Below, one piece after another: positions 50,142 through 63,358 of a stretch of 64,000 bases of DNA. How positions within the stretch are numbered: position 1 is the stretch's first letter; every line of letters begins with the position of its first letter. Source of the stretch: Octopus sinensis. Its lineage: Eukaryota. The translations under genes were made by a program, and so were the position numbers. The notes under the pieces were generated by a model. It was not told the DNA's origin and made no database searches. It saw only the letters and a program-made list of their open reading frames with translations. The stretch spans positions 34,596,001-34,660,000 of the forward strand of contig NC_043004.1 of assembly GCF_006345805.1 (NCBI RefSeq). Reading direction: 5' to 3'.

Positions 50142-51384
50142 TTTCATTTAGAGATAGTAGGCCCCTTCATCTCACCATTTAAAAAGAGAATTTATTTTAA
50201 ATACCTACTGTTTTATAACTTGGCTACATGTGTTTCATGAGGTACATTCCTGGTTCTGAAACAACTCCGTGTTTTGCTGGAACCCTTCTTAAGAGGTAAC
50301 CTCAAACATCAGGCCCTTATATCACTTTATCATGGATCTCAAAATAAATTCAGAGTTAAAACAGACCCCAGCTGAATTTGAACTCAGAAAGTTAAGGGGC
50401 ATAACTAAATACTGCAAGTTTCTATATTACACTGCTGCTGTCATCAAACTGTTGTTGTTGTTGTTGTTGTTATGTAGGTCCAGTTCAACTCTGATCAAGT
50501 AAACCAATGCTCAAAGGATATTCTAGTTATGACCATTCCGTTTTTTTTAGTGGTATAAAGAAATGCATGTCCTAACATGTTATTTTCCTTGTTTAAGGTG
50601 GTAAAGACATGAGGGAGATGTGGTTGCTATTTCTAGCAGTTTTGGAAAAATGGTCCCTCGTTAGTCTGAATGTTAAGGACATTTCCATATCATTTCCATA
50701 TTACAAAGCAGAACCGGGCATCTTCAGTAAAAACCAGGAACCTTAACCATTTGATAGAACACATTGGTTAGGGTGGGGTTGGGGGGGGGGCATCAGGAAT
50801 AACACAAGAAAGTCCATGGATTTAAGTAACCTCACTATATTGATTTTAGTCAATTTTGAAGGAGGAAAGGCCAAGCTGACTCAGGTGGGATTTGAACTTG
50901 GAGCATTGAGGGTCACATTAAGAATGGTAAAGTATCTAACCCATTGTTCTGTAAACACCAAATACTAAGTATGCTATCAATTATGGAAAAGTGAAATCCA
51001 TCAAGGATTGACCTCTAAATGTAATAGCATTGTATTGTGTGATATTATTGATGTGTCATTAATTAAAAATTCAATAAGCCTTCTCGGCAAAACATGAAAT
51101 AATCCCACCTATCGTCTCGTGCCACTAAATTGAGACAATAAAATGAAAAATAATTGTAAACTTGATTATTTTTGTACTTATCAGCAGAACTTTTGAATGA
51201 ATCGAAATCCAAAAATTATTTCTCACCAAATCCTACAAGGTGGTATAATGTTTATGCAGAACAAATCAAAGATACAAGCAGCAAAAAATCAAGTGTTAAA
51301 ACGACTAAAAATGTAACTTTTTTTCACTTCATAAAATCTTTTCATTTAAACAACAATTTCCACAAAAAATTGACAAACTATTAA

Positions 51385-51652
51385 ATAGAAGAGCCCTCAG
51401 ATTATGCAAGTGTGCTTTTTATTAAAATCGCCCATGAAACACGAACTCCACAGCGTGCAGAATCGATCGGAAATGGGTTTTGTTGCCCTAGTAACCACAC
51501 CTTTTGAAATGGAGATTTCTAACCTAGTCCAGTCACTTCCTCGCCTCATTTTACATATCCCTGTAAATTTTCACCTCAATCTGAGCACACCCACTGCCAT
51601 TTTGAGACATGCAAACATACAACTTTAAGCCATTTCCCTTTTATATAGAGAG
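51385..51652 (-). mobile_element. Possible non-autonomous Helitron-like element
   Basis: Minus-strand start TCTCTATATAAAAGGGAAATG..TGTATGTTTG resembles Helitron 5' ends; 3' CTRR and hairpin not clear. Confidence 0.3.
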
Positions 51653-52164
51653 ATAACAGCAAGTGTACAACACAGAACCTTGGTGTATTCAATTACACCT
51701 CTTTATTTTCTGTTTATTTCAACACAGCCAGAGTTCACTTTGCCAGTGAGGTTTGAAATCAAGTCATAAAAGCTTTGAACAAAATATTATCAGGCATAGA
51801 GTCTAATACTTGCTCTAACTGCAATAACAAACATAAATTTATCCTTTATTCTAATCTTATTTTATTCTTTTGAATCTTTATTGACTGTTTTTCTTTCTTT
51901 TTTTTTCTTTGTATTCCTCTTTCTAATTTGTATTTACTTGACTTTCTGAAAATGTACAAAAAAGAAAAAATTTACTTTCCTGTGTTTCATAATCTATATT
52001 TATGCACATTTGTTTCTTCTTTTTGTTTTGTTTTCTTTTGTGAGATATTTTTCTAGGTAAGTGTCGACTAAGGTAATTTGATAGTCACTTTTTTTTTCCT
52101 CAATTATTAAGTATGTTTCATATTCTACTTTTGTCGTATCCTTACATTTCTGACAGAGATGGTA

Positions 52165-52333
52165 GTGATGACGATGACGATGACGATGACAATGATGAGA
52201 ATGATGATAACTACACCATTGCTGGAAGTAAACAATACATTTAAAAATAATAATAATAACAATAATAATAATAATAATGATGGTGATGATGATGATGTTG
52301 ATGGTGGTGATGATGATTGTCTAATAATAATAC

Positions 52334-52387
<54 letters not shown>

Positions 52388-52444
52388 TGATGATGATGAT
52401 AATAATGATTTCCGAATAATAATAACGATAATAATAATATTATT

Positions 52445-52519
<75 letters not shown>

Positions 52520-52525
52520 AATGAT
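52165..52525. repeat. Compound (GAT)n/(AAT)n microsatellite
   Basis: Read directly. Confidence 0.95.
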
Positions 52526-53069
52526 GTGAAGCAAGAAATTGTAGAATGATATAATACCATTCTGTCTGTCTTCAATAGAGTGTAAAAAAAATATTCCTGA
52601 GAAACATTATAAATATTAGAGTACTCCAAAACAACAACAAGAACAGAATCTATTTAACTCTCTCCATCTCTCTATCTATTTACCTATCAAAATATCTATA
52701 TGCTCATGTGCATATGTCTGCACACGTGCATGCACATGCACACACACACCACGCATCCACACACATACACTCACAATCAAACATGTGTGTGCATTCATAG
52801 ATATGCACACATACACACACAACTACATCGTGTTTTCCGACCGCATCACCATCCAAGATTGAGACAGCATCAACCACTGGTTTAACCATTTTATTTTACC
52901 ATTTTACCATTTCTATTGTCAGTTAGACTTTGCAGTTAGGATTTCTTCAGATTTGATGACAGCAAAGCAATTTTATCATTGCACTACCCCCGCCAATAAA
53001 CATGTCTTGCAGTTGATGCCAACACATCTGGGACATCTCCATGTGTTGTAATATTGAAGTTGTTTAGGG

Positions 53070-53465
53070 CACCAAGCCGGCAGAAACGTTAGCATGCCGG
53101 GCGAAATGCTTAGCAGTATTTCGTCTGCCACTACGTCCTGAGTTCAAATTCCGCTGAGGTCAACTTTGCCTTTCATCCTTTCAGGTTCAATTAAATAAGT
53201 ACCAGTTACACACTGGGGTCAATATAATTGACTTAATCCGTTTGTCTGTCCTTGTTTGTCCTCTCTGTGTTTAGCCCCTTGTGGGTAGTAAAGAAGTAGG
53301 TATTTTGTCTGTCTTTACGTTCTGAGTTCAAATTCCGCTGAGGTCGACTTTGCCTTTCATCCTTTCAGGGTTCAATAAATTAAGTACCAGTTGCACACTG
53401 GGGTCAATCTAATCCACTGGCCCCCTCCCCCAAAATTCCAGGCCTTGTGCCTCGAGTAGAAAAGA
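53070..53465 (+). mobile_element. Dimeric SINE family A
   Basis: Two tandem ctgagttcaaattccgctgaggtc cores near 53138 and 53322. Confidence 0.9.
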
Positions 53466-54924
53466 ATATTAGAGCTGTTTATATTGTAGTTGTTTAACCC
53501 CAGGTTAACTCTGTATTGATGCTGTAATTTGTTCCACCTGTGACCATCCTGTCATTTTGCTTAGCAGAGACAACATTTGTTTTAGCCATTGGAGAGTAGC
53601 CATGCTGGAGCACACCTTTTTGAAGAGTATTTTTGTTCAACAAATTAATACCTGGACTTATTAATCTTTTTAATCCTGTCATCTATTTTATTGGCCTCTT
53701 ATGCCAAACTGCTAAGTAACAGGAACATAAACAAACCAACACTGGAACACTTGTCAAGCAATGGTGGGGGACAAACACAAAGTTATATGCACTCACACAC
53801 ACACACACATCTTGGTGTGTGTTGGGAGAGTCATTATGCCAATGATAATAATTAACACACACATTAATTCAATATCACTTCTTTATTGTTAGTCAATTGG
53901 TTAAATATCTAATCAACTGAACTAATCAATCATTTGTTTAATGAGTTGATTAATCAACCAGCAGGTTGTTTGTTTGTCAAAGTCCTTTCATTGTTATTCA
54001 CAAGCTCATCAATGACTTGCCCTCTCTCATTGAGGTCTGCCTTGAGTCTGTCTGAGAACCAGTCTTATGCTTGTGTGTATATTTATGTCTGTATGTGTGT
54101 GGTTGCTTACAAAAGAAGGGAAGGATGAGAGTAAATGAAGAATGTGTGTATGTGTGTATGTACACTCGTGTGCTTGTATGTTTGTGAGTGTGTGGACAAT
54201 GGCCATCCATGTCTCCTTTAATTGTTTAACCTTTATGTTCAAGGTCAGTTGGGTTTCGGATCTGCTGGGATTTGCTTGTCGTCCCATTGAGATTTATGGG
54301 TATAGTTCCTTATTTGTGGCGGGGAGGAAGGTAGAAGGAGAGAACATCATGTGTGTGTGTATGTGTGTGCATGTGTGTTCGTGTGGTTGAGTTGATGCAG
54401 TGTATGAGTGTATATGCTTGTATGTGTGTGAATGTGTATTTACTTATGTGTGTGCACAAATGCATGTGTGTGCAGTACAGGCAAGCTTTTGAATAGGTAG
54501 GCATCTGTGTGTATGTCTGTATATGTGCTTATTTGTGTTCTTGCATACATATGTGTGTGCATGTCTGTGTGTGTATGCATGCAAGAGCACGTGCATGAAT
54601 GTGTGTGTGTGTGTGTGTGCGTGTGTGCGTGTGTGTGTGTGTGTATGTATGTATGGTTGTATATTGAAATAGCTCATTGTACATATATAGAGGGTACCTC
54701 TTATACCTCTTTTACTTATATTTTTCAAATGAACCATTACAGCCTCATCTTGTTTGTTTGTTAACACGTTTCAAACCTGGGTTCCCATTCCTAGTGTAAG
54801 ACCCAATTGGACTCACATCTCTTTTTTTTCTCATAAGGATAAATAGGAATCATCTAGATCCTATTCTGCTATTTCCTTTCTCAAGTCCTTTGGAAAAATT
54901 TTGTTTTTACTGAAGGGTACAGTG

Positions 54925-55115
54925 ATTTCTACTCTTCTCCTCTGGAAGCCATCTGCTCACGATACCAGAGAGTGCACACTCTCCTACCCTGATGTAATCT
55001 CCAGGGATACAGGCATCCAACAACAGGACCTCCATAATGCTATGATGGACCGTGAAGTCTGGCATAAGATAGTAAATTCCATTGTCTCGACCACGGTCGA
55101 ACAATGATGATGACA
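54925..55115 (+). mobile_element. 3' end of another LINE (RTE/L2-like) with (GAT)n tail
   Basis: LSYPDVISRDTGIQQQDLHNAMMDREVWHKIV* followed by aatgatgatga. Confidence 0.6.
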
Positions 55116-56173
55116 GTGATATATAATTAATTTAATTAATTTAATTAATTCAACTCAACCATGAATTTGCCTGATTTTTATATCTCTGTATGAAACGATC
55201 ATCTGCATGAATTAAAATTCTCTTATATATTTTAACATCACAGCCATATGTTGATGAAACCTTCATACTCTGGTCCCACTAGGAAGATGTGCTGCTAGAT
55301 CATGTGAACTCAATAAAGCCATCCATTCAGTTCACAATGGAAAAAGGAAAAAGATAATCAGCTAGCATTCCTGGATGTATTAATAACATGCACCAAGTAT
55401 AGATTCAGGACATCCGTATACCGCAAGCCGACCTTCACTGGACAATAACTCAACTTCAATGCACACCATCCATACTGTGTAAAGAGAGGGATTGCTCAGT
55501 GCCTAAAATATTGAGCAATGAATATAAGTAGTGATCCTGATACCCATCACGAAGAAATGATCAAGCTCAGTGACAATCTATTAAGCAACAACTACCCCAA
55601 AAGCATACTCTCCACTCCAATTAGGAAGAAAAGAGAGGATGAAACCAATAAACTGTCCACAGTCTGCCTACCCTATGTGAAAGGCCTCTCCGAAAAGATA
55701 CAAAAGATATGTGCCCCATATGACATCAGGACAGTATTCAAAAGTAATTCAACACTTTGCAAATATCACCTTCGAGTAAAACCACCAATAGAAGAGAATA
55801 TGACTAAGAACTGCGTGTTCTCCATCCCATGCAGCAGTGGTAAGTTATACAAAGGCGAAATATGCCGCCCCCTCAAAATAAAAGTAGAGGAACATCGCAA
55901 AGCTGTGACACGGGGAGATATTGATAAATCGGGTATAGCTGATCATGTATTGAAAAATGGAGACTACCTCCCCACTGTGGGATGAAGCTATAATAATAGA
56001 CAGAGAACACCAATGGAAAATACAAAAACTAAAAGAAGCAGCACATATGCTAGGACACAACAACCTCCTAAGCAGACTGAGTGCAGATATGAACAGCATA
56101 TGGAACCGGTATTAAGTAAGGATAGGAGAATATTAGATTTATAAGCCCTAAAATTCACTCCATAATTGCCCAC

Positions 56174-56233
56174 GGGCACATGGTGTAGTGGTTAAGAGCA
56201 CAGGCTGTTAACCCCAAGATTCTGAGTTCGATT
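56174..56233 (+). promoter_or_regulatory. tRNA-like segment with Pol III A/B boxes inside the PLE 3' UTR
   Basis: TGGTGTAGTGG (A box) and GAGTTCGATT (B box); homologues at 6582-6633 and 42478-42552. Confidence 0.7.
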
Positions 56234-56308
56234 AATAATAAAACCAATAATAATAATAACATCGAAAAATACCTTAGGAATTAGAACCCAGGTTGGCAAT
56301 TTCCCCAA

Positions 56309-56354
56309 GACACCTGATGAAAGCTGGAGAGTATATCAGCCGAAACTTTGTGTT
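56309..56354 (+). ncRNA. Minimal hammerhead motif (mutated)
   Basis: GACAC CUGAUGA AA GCUG..CAGC C GAAAC UUU GUGUU. Confidence 0.6.
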
Positions 56355-57145
56355 AACAACAAACAAGATGAGGACAAATATCCGTCAATTGTAAATAATG
56401 TAAATAATGTAGAGCAGAACATGTTTGTAAAAATTACAGCAATCATGAAAATGTCAACTATGAAAGTTATTTATCAATTTGTGGTAATGAGCCTCTATGA
56501 TGTGACTTGACTTGCTAAAAATAGCAGGCAAATCTCCTTCAAATAACACCTTGCATTTTTCTAAAATAAGAAATGCATTCTGAATAATGTTATTTTATAT
56601 TAGAAAAAAATGTGTTAAGGTCATGGTTGGAAAGCTATTGCTGATAGATCTGTTCTATCAGAACTGACATGGGCTAAACATAAAACGAGTTAACAATTTT
56701 AGGTTTGGCTGTTTAATTATTTCTTTTCTCAACTACATTCAGGTTCAGTCTTACCATGTGGTATCTTCGGTTAACCAATGCATTGTAAGTGGATTTAGTG
56801 TGGGTCTGTATGTGTGTGTGTGTGAATGCATGCATGTGTGCGTTTCCTTGTCTTGATGTTGTGTGATGGGGTGTTACTGAATGTCATCATCATAGAAGAT
56901 GTCCTTCATTTCCAACCCAACTGAATTATAAAAATATGTTCAGCCAGGGAGAAATATTACCTTGTTTGGTAACAGATAAGGGTTGGCAACAGGAAGAGCA
57001 TCCAGCTCTAGAAAATTTGCTTCAACAAGTCCATCATAGAAAAGAAGATGTTAAAAAACATGATGAAGTGACTTAATCCATTGCCCAGTTCAACTTCACC
57101 AACAGATTCTTGGATTAGAAAATTACTATTTCTAAATCTCATAAT

Positions 57146-57373
57146 GAGTCATATTCAGACCAGAATCCTGATGCAGATTCTTGCAACAGTGGACTCAGAA
57201 GCATCCAAGGATCTTTGGAGTAAAGATTGTTTTCCAACATAATATGGCAACATTCATCTGAAACCAAGACTGCCATCTTATGTTGGCAAACAATCTTTAC
57301 CCAAAGATCCTTGGATGCTTCTGAGTCCACTGTTGCAAGAATCTGCATCAGGATTCTGGTCTGAAAATGACTT
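57146..57373. repeat. Near-perfect 94-bp foldback (MITE-like or hairpin locus)
   Basis: 57155-57249 versus 57271-57364: 2 mismatches and 1 indel; 21-nt loop. Confidence 0.95.
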
Positions 57374-58473
57374 ATCAAACACAGAAACCACATAGCATAC
57401 TTATGGGTATTTTCTCTAAGTAAGGCATTAAAAATAATTTTACACAGGGCTTCTTAGGTCTTCTCTTAGTTGTAAGTTGTAACAAGTTATATATGTACCC
57501 TTTAGCTCAGTGATTTTATAAGAAGGGGCAGCCCCTTCTCAGCTGAACCATCTTGTTAGCGCCTGTAAAGATTGAACAGGAAGCAGAACTATTTCCACAG
57601 TTAATAAAATTAGGACTTTTCTAAACTAGACATGCTACTAGGAAAATATGTGTGAAGTACCACCACCACCACCACCACCACCACCACCACTAATTGTAAT
57701 GGAATGTTACTGAAACACCAGCATAAAGAGAGAAATATTAGTAAAACATATGTAAGTGGGTCCTCTAAAGGAGAGCATAATTAAAGTAGAGTACCAGCAG
57801 AAGAGTATAGCAGGGAAGTACATTAGAATATATAAACTTGAGGTGAATAACAGCTAAAAAGAAACATATTAGAGATATTAATTTGTGTGTTTGGACGAAA
57901 TTGAAAAGAAGTGTTCATAATATATATTTGTTATGTCCTGTACATATGAAGCACTTTATTTTCTGCCTAATAATACAAGTGTGCACCCAATTTCACCCGA
58001 AGGAGCCTCTTTCTCACCATTTAGATATGTACACTATTGATGTTGGTCCGACTGGTGCCTTACCTTGATTGTTGCTTTCATAGTGTAAAGTATAAAAAAC
58101 TAAGATGCAGACACCAATCCAACTAATGTAAGTAGTACACATAATATAAATTCTTCGTCTCAGAAATATAGAATTGTACCTTTAGACATATATTCCTAAA
58201 GTGCAAAAGAACCAAAGCATTACATCTAACTTATAAAAGATATTCTAAGAAGTTAAATGATATTCATATTTTCATCTACAATAAAACTCCTTAACATCTC
58301 TGTTTTTCATTTTTACCTATTTTTTACCCATATCTACTTTCCGATTTGTGTATCAAAGCAGTAACATGGTAAAGTACATATGGTCTTAGTTGACCCATCA
58401 GCTGATAATGAAAATAGAAATAATACATTTCTAAATCTCTCAGAGAGATTTATGCAGTAGCAGCATGATAAAG

Positions 58474-58647
58474 TGATAGTATGTTGTCAATTTAATGTGA
58501 CAGTTCCATGAAAGGGAAGAATGCTACTGTTATTTAGCCCTGGGAAATGTCTCAAGTCCAACAAGAAACAGTGTTTCTTAGGGCTAAATAACGGTAGCAT
58601 TCTTTCCTTTCATGAGACTGTCACATTAAGTTGACAACATACTATCA
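58474..58647. repeat. 74-bp-arm foldback (MITE-like)
   Basis: 58474-58547 versus 58574-58647, about 7 mismatches. Confidence 0.9.
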
Positions 58648-59985
58648 GCTGATAGTGAGTTGAAAGTCATTACAGGTGCCTCATTGGGTCCTTGTGCCTG
58701 GTATTTTCTGGTACAAGTAAAACCCAAAATTCAAAGTCTACATCAATAGCAGTGAGGAACACAATAGAATATGTTGAGGGCCAATGACTTTAGATGTTGT
58801 GAAAAGTGGACTTCCACTCCATCAAAAGGTTATAGTATAAGGAAATGAGATATTTTCACTTTCCATGGCATCTAAACTTATTGGCATCCAGCAAATTCTC
58901 CAAGATTTGTTATATTCTATGATTTGAGAAACACGTGTGACGGATTGGTTTTTAATTCAGAAAAATATTTGTCTTTGGCCTTATTTAAAATCTGAGTGAA
59001 TTACTGGTACTCATGGATCCTTGTGTTAAATGAATGGATTAATTAGCTAAATTGATTCGTAAAGTATGTACTCTGATTAACTACAAGCAATTATATTCTG
59101 TGTTTTTGGGTTGTACACTTAGTTCTATATGCCTGCATTAACCTACCTGATCTGAGTAAACAGTTTACACTGAGCAGGCATTTTGTTGTCAAGGAGTTAG
59201 AGTGATCCCTCATCTATTTATAACCTTGAAACAGGAATTATGCACCTGTTCTTAAGAAAAGCTTGAAGCAACTGGAAACATGTTTTTACCATTATTTTAT
59301 TAACCCGCACCAAGAATTCTCGTCAGTGATTTCCCCCCCCCCCCACCTACTTTATGTGCCTGTCACTAAATACTCTTCTCACTGTCTCTCTTCCCCCCCC
59401 ACTCTCTCTCTCTAAATACTTCTCTTATTTTCTCTATCATATTCACTTGGCACACACCAATCTATTCAGCAAACATTCTCACTGATACCACGTCACGCTT
59501 CTGGCAACTTCATCTCCACAGGTAGAAAGAAAAAGATATAGGTTTGTCACTTCTCAAAACATTACAATGAAATATTGAAAAATAAATTGCTTTCTATTTC
59601 TCATTCTATTGTATTTTCCATTTGCTTTCACTGTTTATTGTTTGTTTATTGTTTGCATTTTGTTTGTGTTTTGTTTGTGTACACATTTTATGCATTGGAA
59701 TTCTTCTTTTTCCGTGAGACTTATTATATTTTTCTTGCTGCATTTCTTTATTCGATGCATTTTTTTTTTTATATTTGTCATTATATTTGACTACTCTTTA
59801 TATTCTTCAACTCTTTTAATATATTTTACCATTCTTTATATTCAAAGCAATCTTGTCAGATATTGTTCTTGTGATAATTTTAGAAACACTATTTTAACTT
59901 ACGTACTCTCTCTAACACACATACACACACATATATGTATTTATATACATGTGTATGTTTATGTGTGCATGTATACAGATGCAAG

Positions 59986-60019
<34 letters not shown>

Positions 60020-60894
60020 CACGTGCACATGCTTACATCCATTTGTCCTTCCCCCTGGCAACTCTATAATTTTACTACTCCTGCTGTTTGTACCCACACT
60101 CTCTCTTCTGCATCCCTTTATCTACCTCACTTTATGGTTCTTGGCTCATCTACCCTTCAACCCTACCCATTTTGACAACCTGCCTCCCCTCCCACTTCTA
60201 CTCACCTTGTGCCTTGTGGCTCCACCTGGACACCTCATCCTTATAATTTCTTCCTACTCCTGCTGATTATTTTCCCTTTCTCTCTCCCTACTTTGCTCTT
60301 CAAGATGGGAATGGCCAAGCAGATCCCTCTACAAAAACCTGTTCTGCACTGTCCCTTCTCATTGTAATCCCCTAATCTCCTAGCTTGAAGCTGACCCCCT
60401 ACAGCCTCCCCAAAGGTTTGTAGTCCTGTAAACTGCATGGCAGCATCCTTAGTGTAGGCGATATGAACATTTCACCCAGTTCATGCTGTAAAATGGTTGA
60501 CACTAGGAAGGGCATCAGGCTGTGGAAATCATGCTAAAGCAGACATTGGACATCCTTTGGCTCATTGGATCCTGTCAAGCCATCTAACCCATGTTGGCAT
60601 AGATGGTGATAACAATGATGATGATGACACACTGATACATTCTTGGTTAAATATGTATGTGTGTGTGTGTACCTATATGTCATATTCAGTTATGTCCCTT
60701 GGGACAGTTAATTATGCTTCTTTCTGTTTTAAGGCAAAATCTCACCAAGTTTGAATTTGCCTTTAATCCCTCTAGGATCAATACAATAAATACCAGTAAT
60801 ATACTGGGGTCTCATGAATTCATTATAACCACCAAATCTGACGTTGTGCCACTGTAAAAAATTTGCATCATTAAGGATGATAATAATAATAGTA

Positions 60895-61800
60895 ACGGTG
60901 TGCCTATTACAATTGGTACGCTAGGAACAGTAAACCAAGATACAGACAAATGGCTGAGGGTTATTGAAATAGAATGCCACAGTAGAGCTTCTTCGGATAG
61001 TTTCGTCTCTTAGGGACAGCAAAGATTATCAGGAGGAAGCAACTGAAAACGAATGAAACTGAAAATAGGTGGGTAAAGAAAAAAATGCATGGACAATTTC
61101 ATAGGGATGTTGAAAAAAGATGACTGTGGATGACTAAAAGTAATTCAAAACTGGAAACAGAGGCTCTGAACTGTGCTGCCCAAGAGCAAACACTGAGAAC
61201 AAACTACATAAAATACAGAATAGACAACACTGCAGAAAGTGATAAGTGAAGAATCTGTGGACAAAACGGTGAAACCATATGGCATATTACTAGCCAATGT
61301 ATGCCACTGGCCCAAAAGGAATATAAGAGACACCACGACAATATAGCCAGCCTTGTTCATTGAACACTTTGCAACAAGTATGGACTTGACAGAGCAAAAA
61401 ATTGGTACGACTGCAAACCTGAAGGCATCGTTGAAAATAGAAATGCAAAGATCCTATGGGATTTTATGATTCAGTGCAACCATGAGATAGAGAATAGGAA
61501 GCCAGACATAGTCTTAATTGAGAAAGAAAACGAACTATGCTGGATCATAGATATAGCATGCCCAGTTGACAACAAGGTATGCGATAAGGAAGAATGAGAA
61601 TAGTTAGCAAAAGTCTCAAGAAGTACGTGGAACAAATAGGGGCTGCAATAAGGGTGGAGCACTTGTGGAAAACAGCACTGCTTGGAAACGTTCAAATACT
61701 CTGGAAGGTGCTTGAAAATAAGAAGTGTTACCTTTGTTCACTGGTAGTGAACAGCTGACACCATAGTATATCTCCAACGTTAGCAGTTGTGCAAAGACAA
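60895..61800 (+). mobile_element. R4/Dong-type LINE 3' fragments (CCHC knuckle + PD..D endonuclease) ending in (AAT)n
   Basis: ETEALNCAAQEQTLRTN, *RICGQNGETIWHITSQC, ILWDFMIQCNHEIENRKPDIVLIEKENELCWIIDIACP; a separate VPITIGTLG end at 60.9 kb. Confidence 0.88.
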
Positions 61801-61802
61801 TG

Positions 61803-61894
<92 letters not shown>

Positions 61895-61908
61895 TCTTAT
61901 TATTATTA

Positions 61909-61976
<68 letters not shown>

Positions 61977-62384
61977 GTTATTATTATTATTAATTTATGC
62001 ATGAAAGATGGCAAGTTGGTAGAATCATTAGCATGCTGGGGAAAATGCTTAGTGGTATTTCGACTGTCTTGACATTCTGAGTTCAAATTCAATAATAATA
62101 GTCTCCCACTTAAACACAAATCCAGCAATTTTTTGAGAGGAAGAAAAGTAGCTGATACCATCAACCCAAATACATGACTGGTACTTTATTTTATCAACCC
62201 TGGAGGGATGAAAAGTAAAGTTAACGTTGGTAAGATTTGAACACAGAAGGTAAAGACTTGGACGAAATACAGCAAAGCATTTCTTCAAACACTCTAATGA
62301 TTCTGCTGCTACATCTACTACTGGTGGTTGTGGTGGTGGCGGTAGTGTTGGTGGAAGTAGTAGTAGTCTTCAAGAATGTTGATG

Positions 62385-62985
62385 TGGTTTAAGTGGAAGA
62401 GATAAACCAAAAAACAGTAAATGGAATTATCAATCATGTGAAAACAAGCAATCTAGCTGAAATGAAGAATTTGATAAAAGCTGCTAATACATATGTGGTG
62501 AATGAATTAGGCTTGAAAGACATCGCAAGTGGAATTAAGAATACAAGAATCATAATGGAAGAGAAGAATACAAGGGGATATAAAAATATTGCAATCTGAT
62601 GTAAATTTATTGGAAGGTGAAAGAAAAGATCAGTTGAAATCCCAACGGCAGGATGCTGATTTAGAAAGAAAATATAACATAAAAAAAAAAATAGATGTAT
62701 CAACTGCTGCAAAGAGAGGAGTTGAAACAGATGATTTTGACCAAAACATCAGAGATCAAAAGATATAAATAAAGAATAAACCAGTATAGATGGAACCATA
62801 TATTCCATATGGATCAGAAATGGTTATATAAGGAGTTGAATGAAAATGTAAGTCAAGAAAAGGTCAGAGTAGATTTGTGAGAATGTTAGAAGTTGTGGAG
62901 AGAAATTTAGGGGCAAAGGAAAAATGCATAATTCTGAAGCAGAATGGTTAATGAGTTTTAAAGATAAAGTGAAAATCAAAATAAA
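62385..62985 (+). mobile_element. Degenerate N-terminal region of an R4-type LINE ORF
   Basis: NLIKAANTYVVNELGLK..LERKYN..RYK.RINQY..KWLYKELN..HNSEAEWL, a pattern typical of this clade; low identity. Confidence 0.5.
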
Positions 62986-63279
62986 TAATACACACACACA
63001 CACTCTCTCATACACACACACACACACGCACAAATATGTACATCATCATCGTTTCTTAAAATCTATTTTCCCATAGTTGCAAAGGTTAGACAGAATTCAT
63101 TGAGACATATTTTCTTCAACTGGATGCCCTCCCTGTCACCAATCCTCAACAGTTTCCAAACTAAATATTTCCCCCTTGGTCAGACATGTTTTTCACAGCA
63201 GACTGCAAAAAAGTATCATTGCTTGTATGATGGTCATGCTGGTTTCAACCATCAGGACAAAGGGACATGCAAACACACA

Positions 63280-63358
<79 letters not shown>

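Larger units (their letters stand above)
55200..56411 (+). mobile_element. Penelope-like element (Penelope/Poseidon-type): RT C-terminus, GIY-YIG, 3' pLTR with tRNA-like head and hammerhead
   Basis: YVDETFILW, AFLDVLI, TSVYRKPTFTG..LNF, VCLPYVKGLSEKI, VFSIPCSSGKLYKGE..EEH..SGIADH; stops and frameshifts present. Confidence 0.93.

Noticed and set aside
56174-56233. Functional tRNA genes here and at the SINE heads
   Set aside because: A/B boxes are present but the acceptor and T stems do not close, and the anticodon loop differs among copies.
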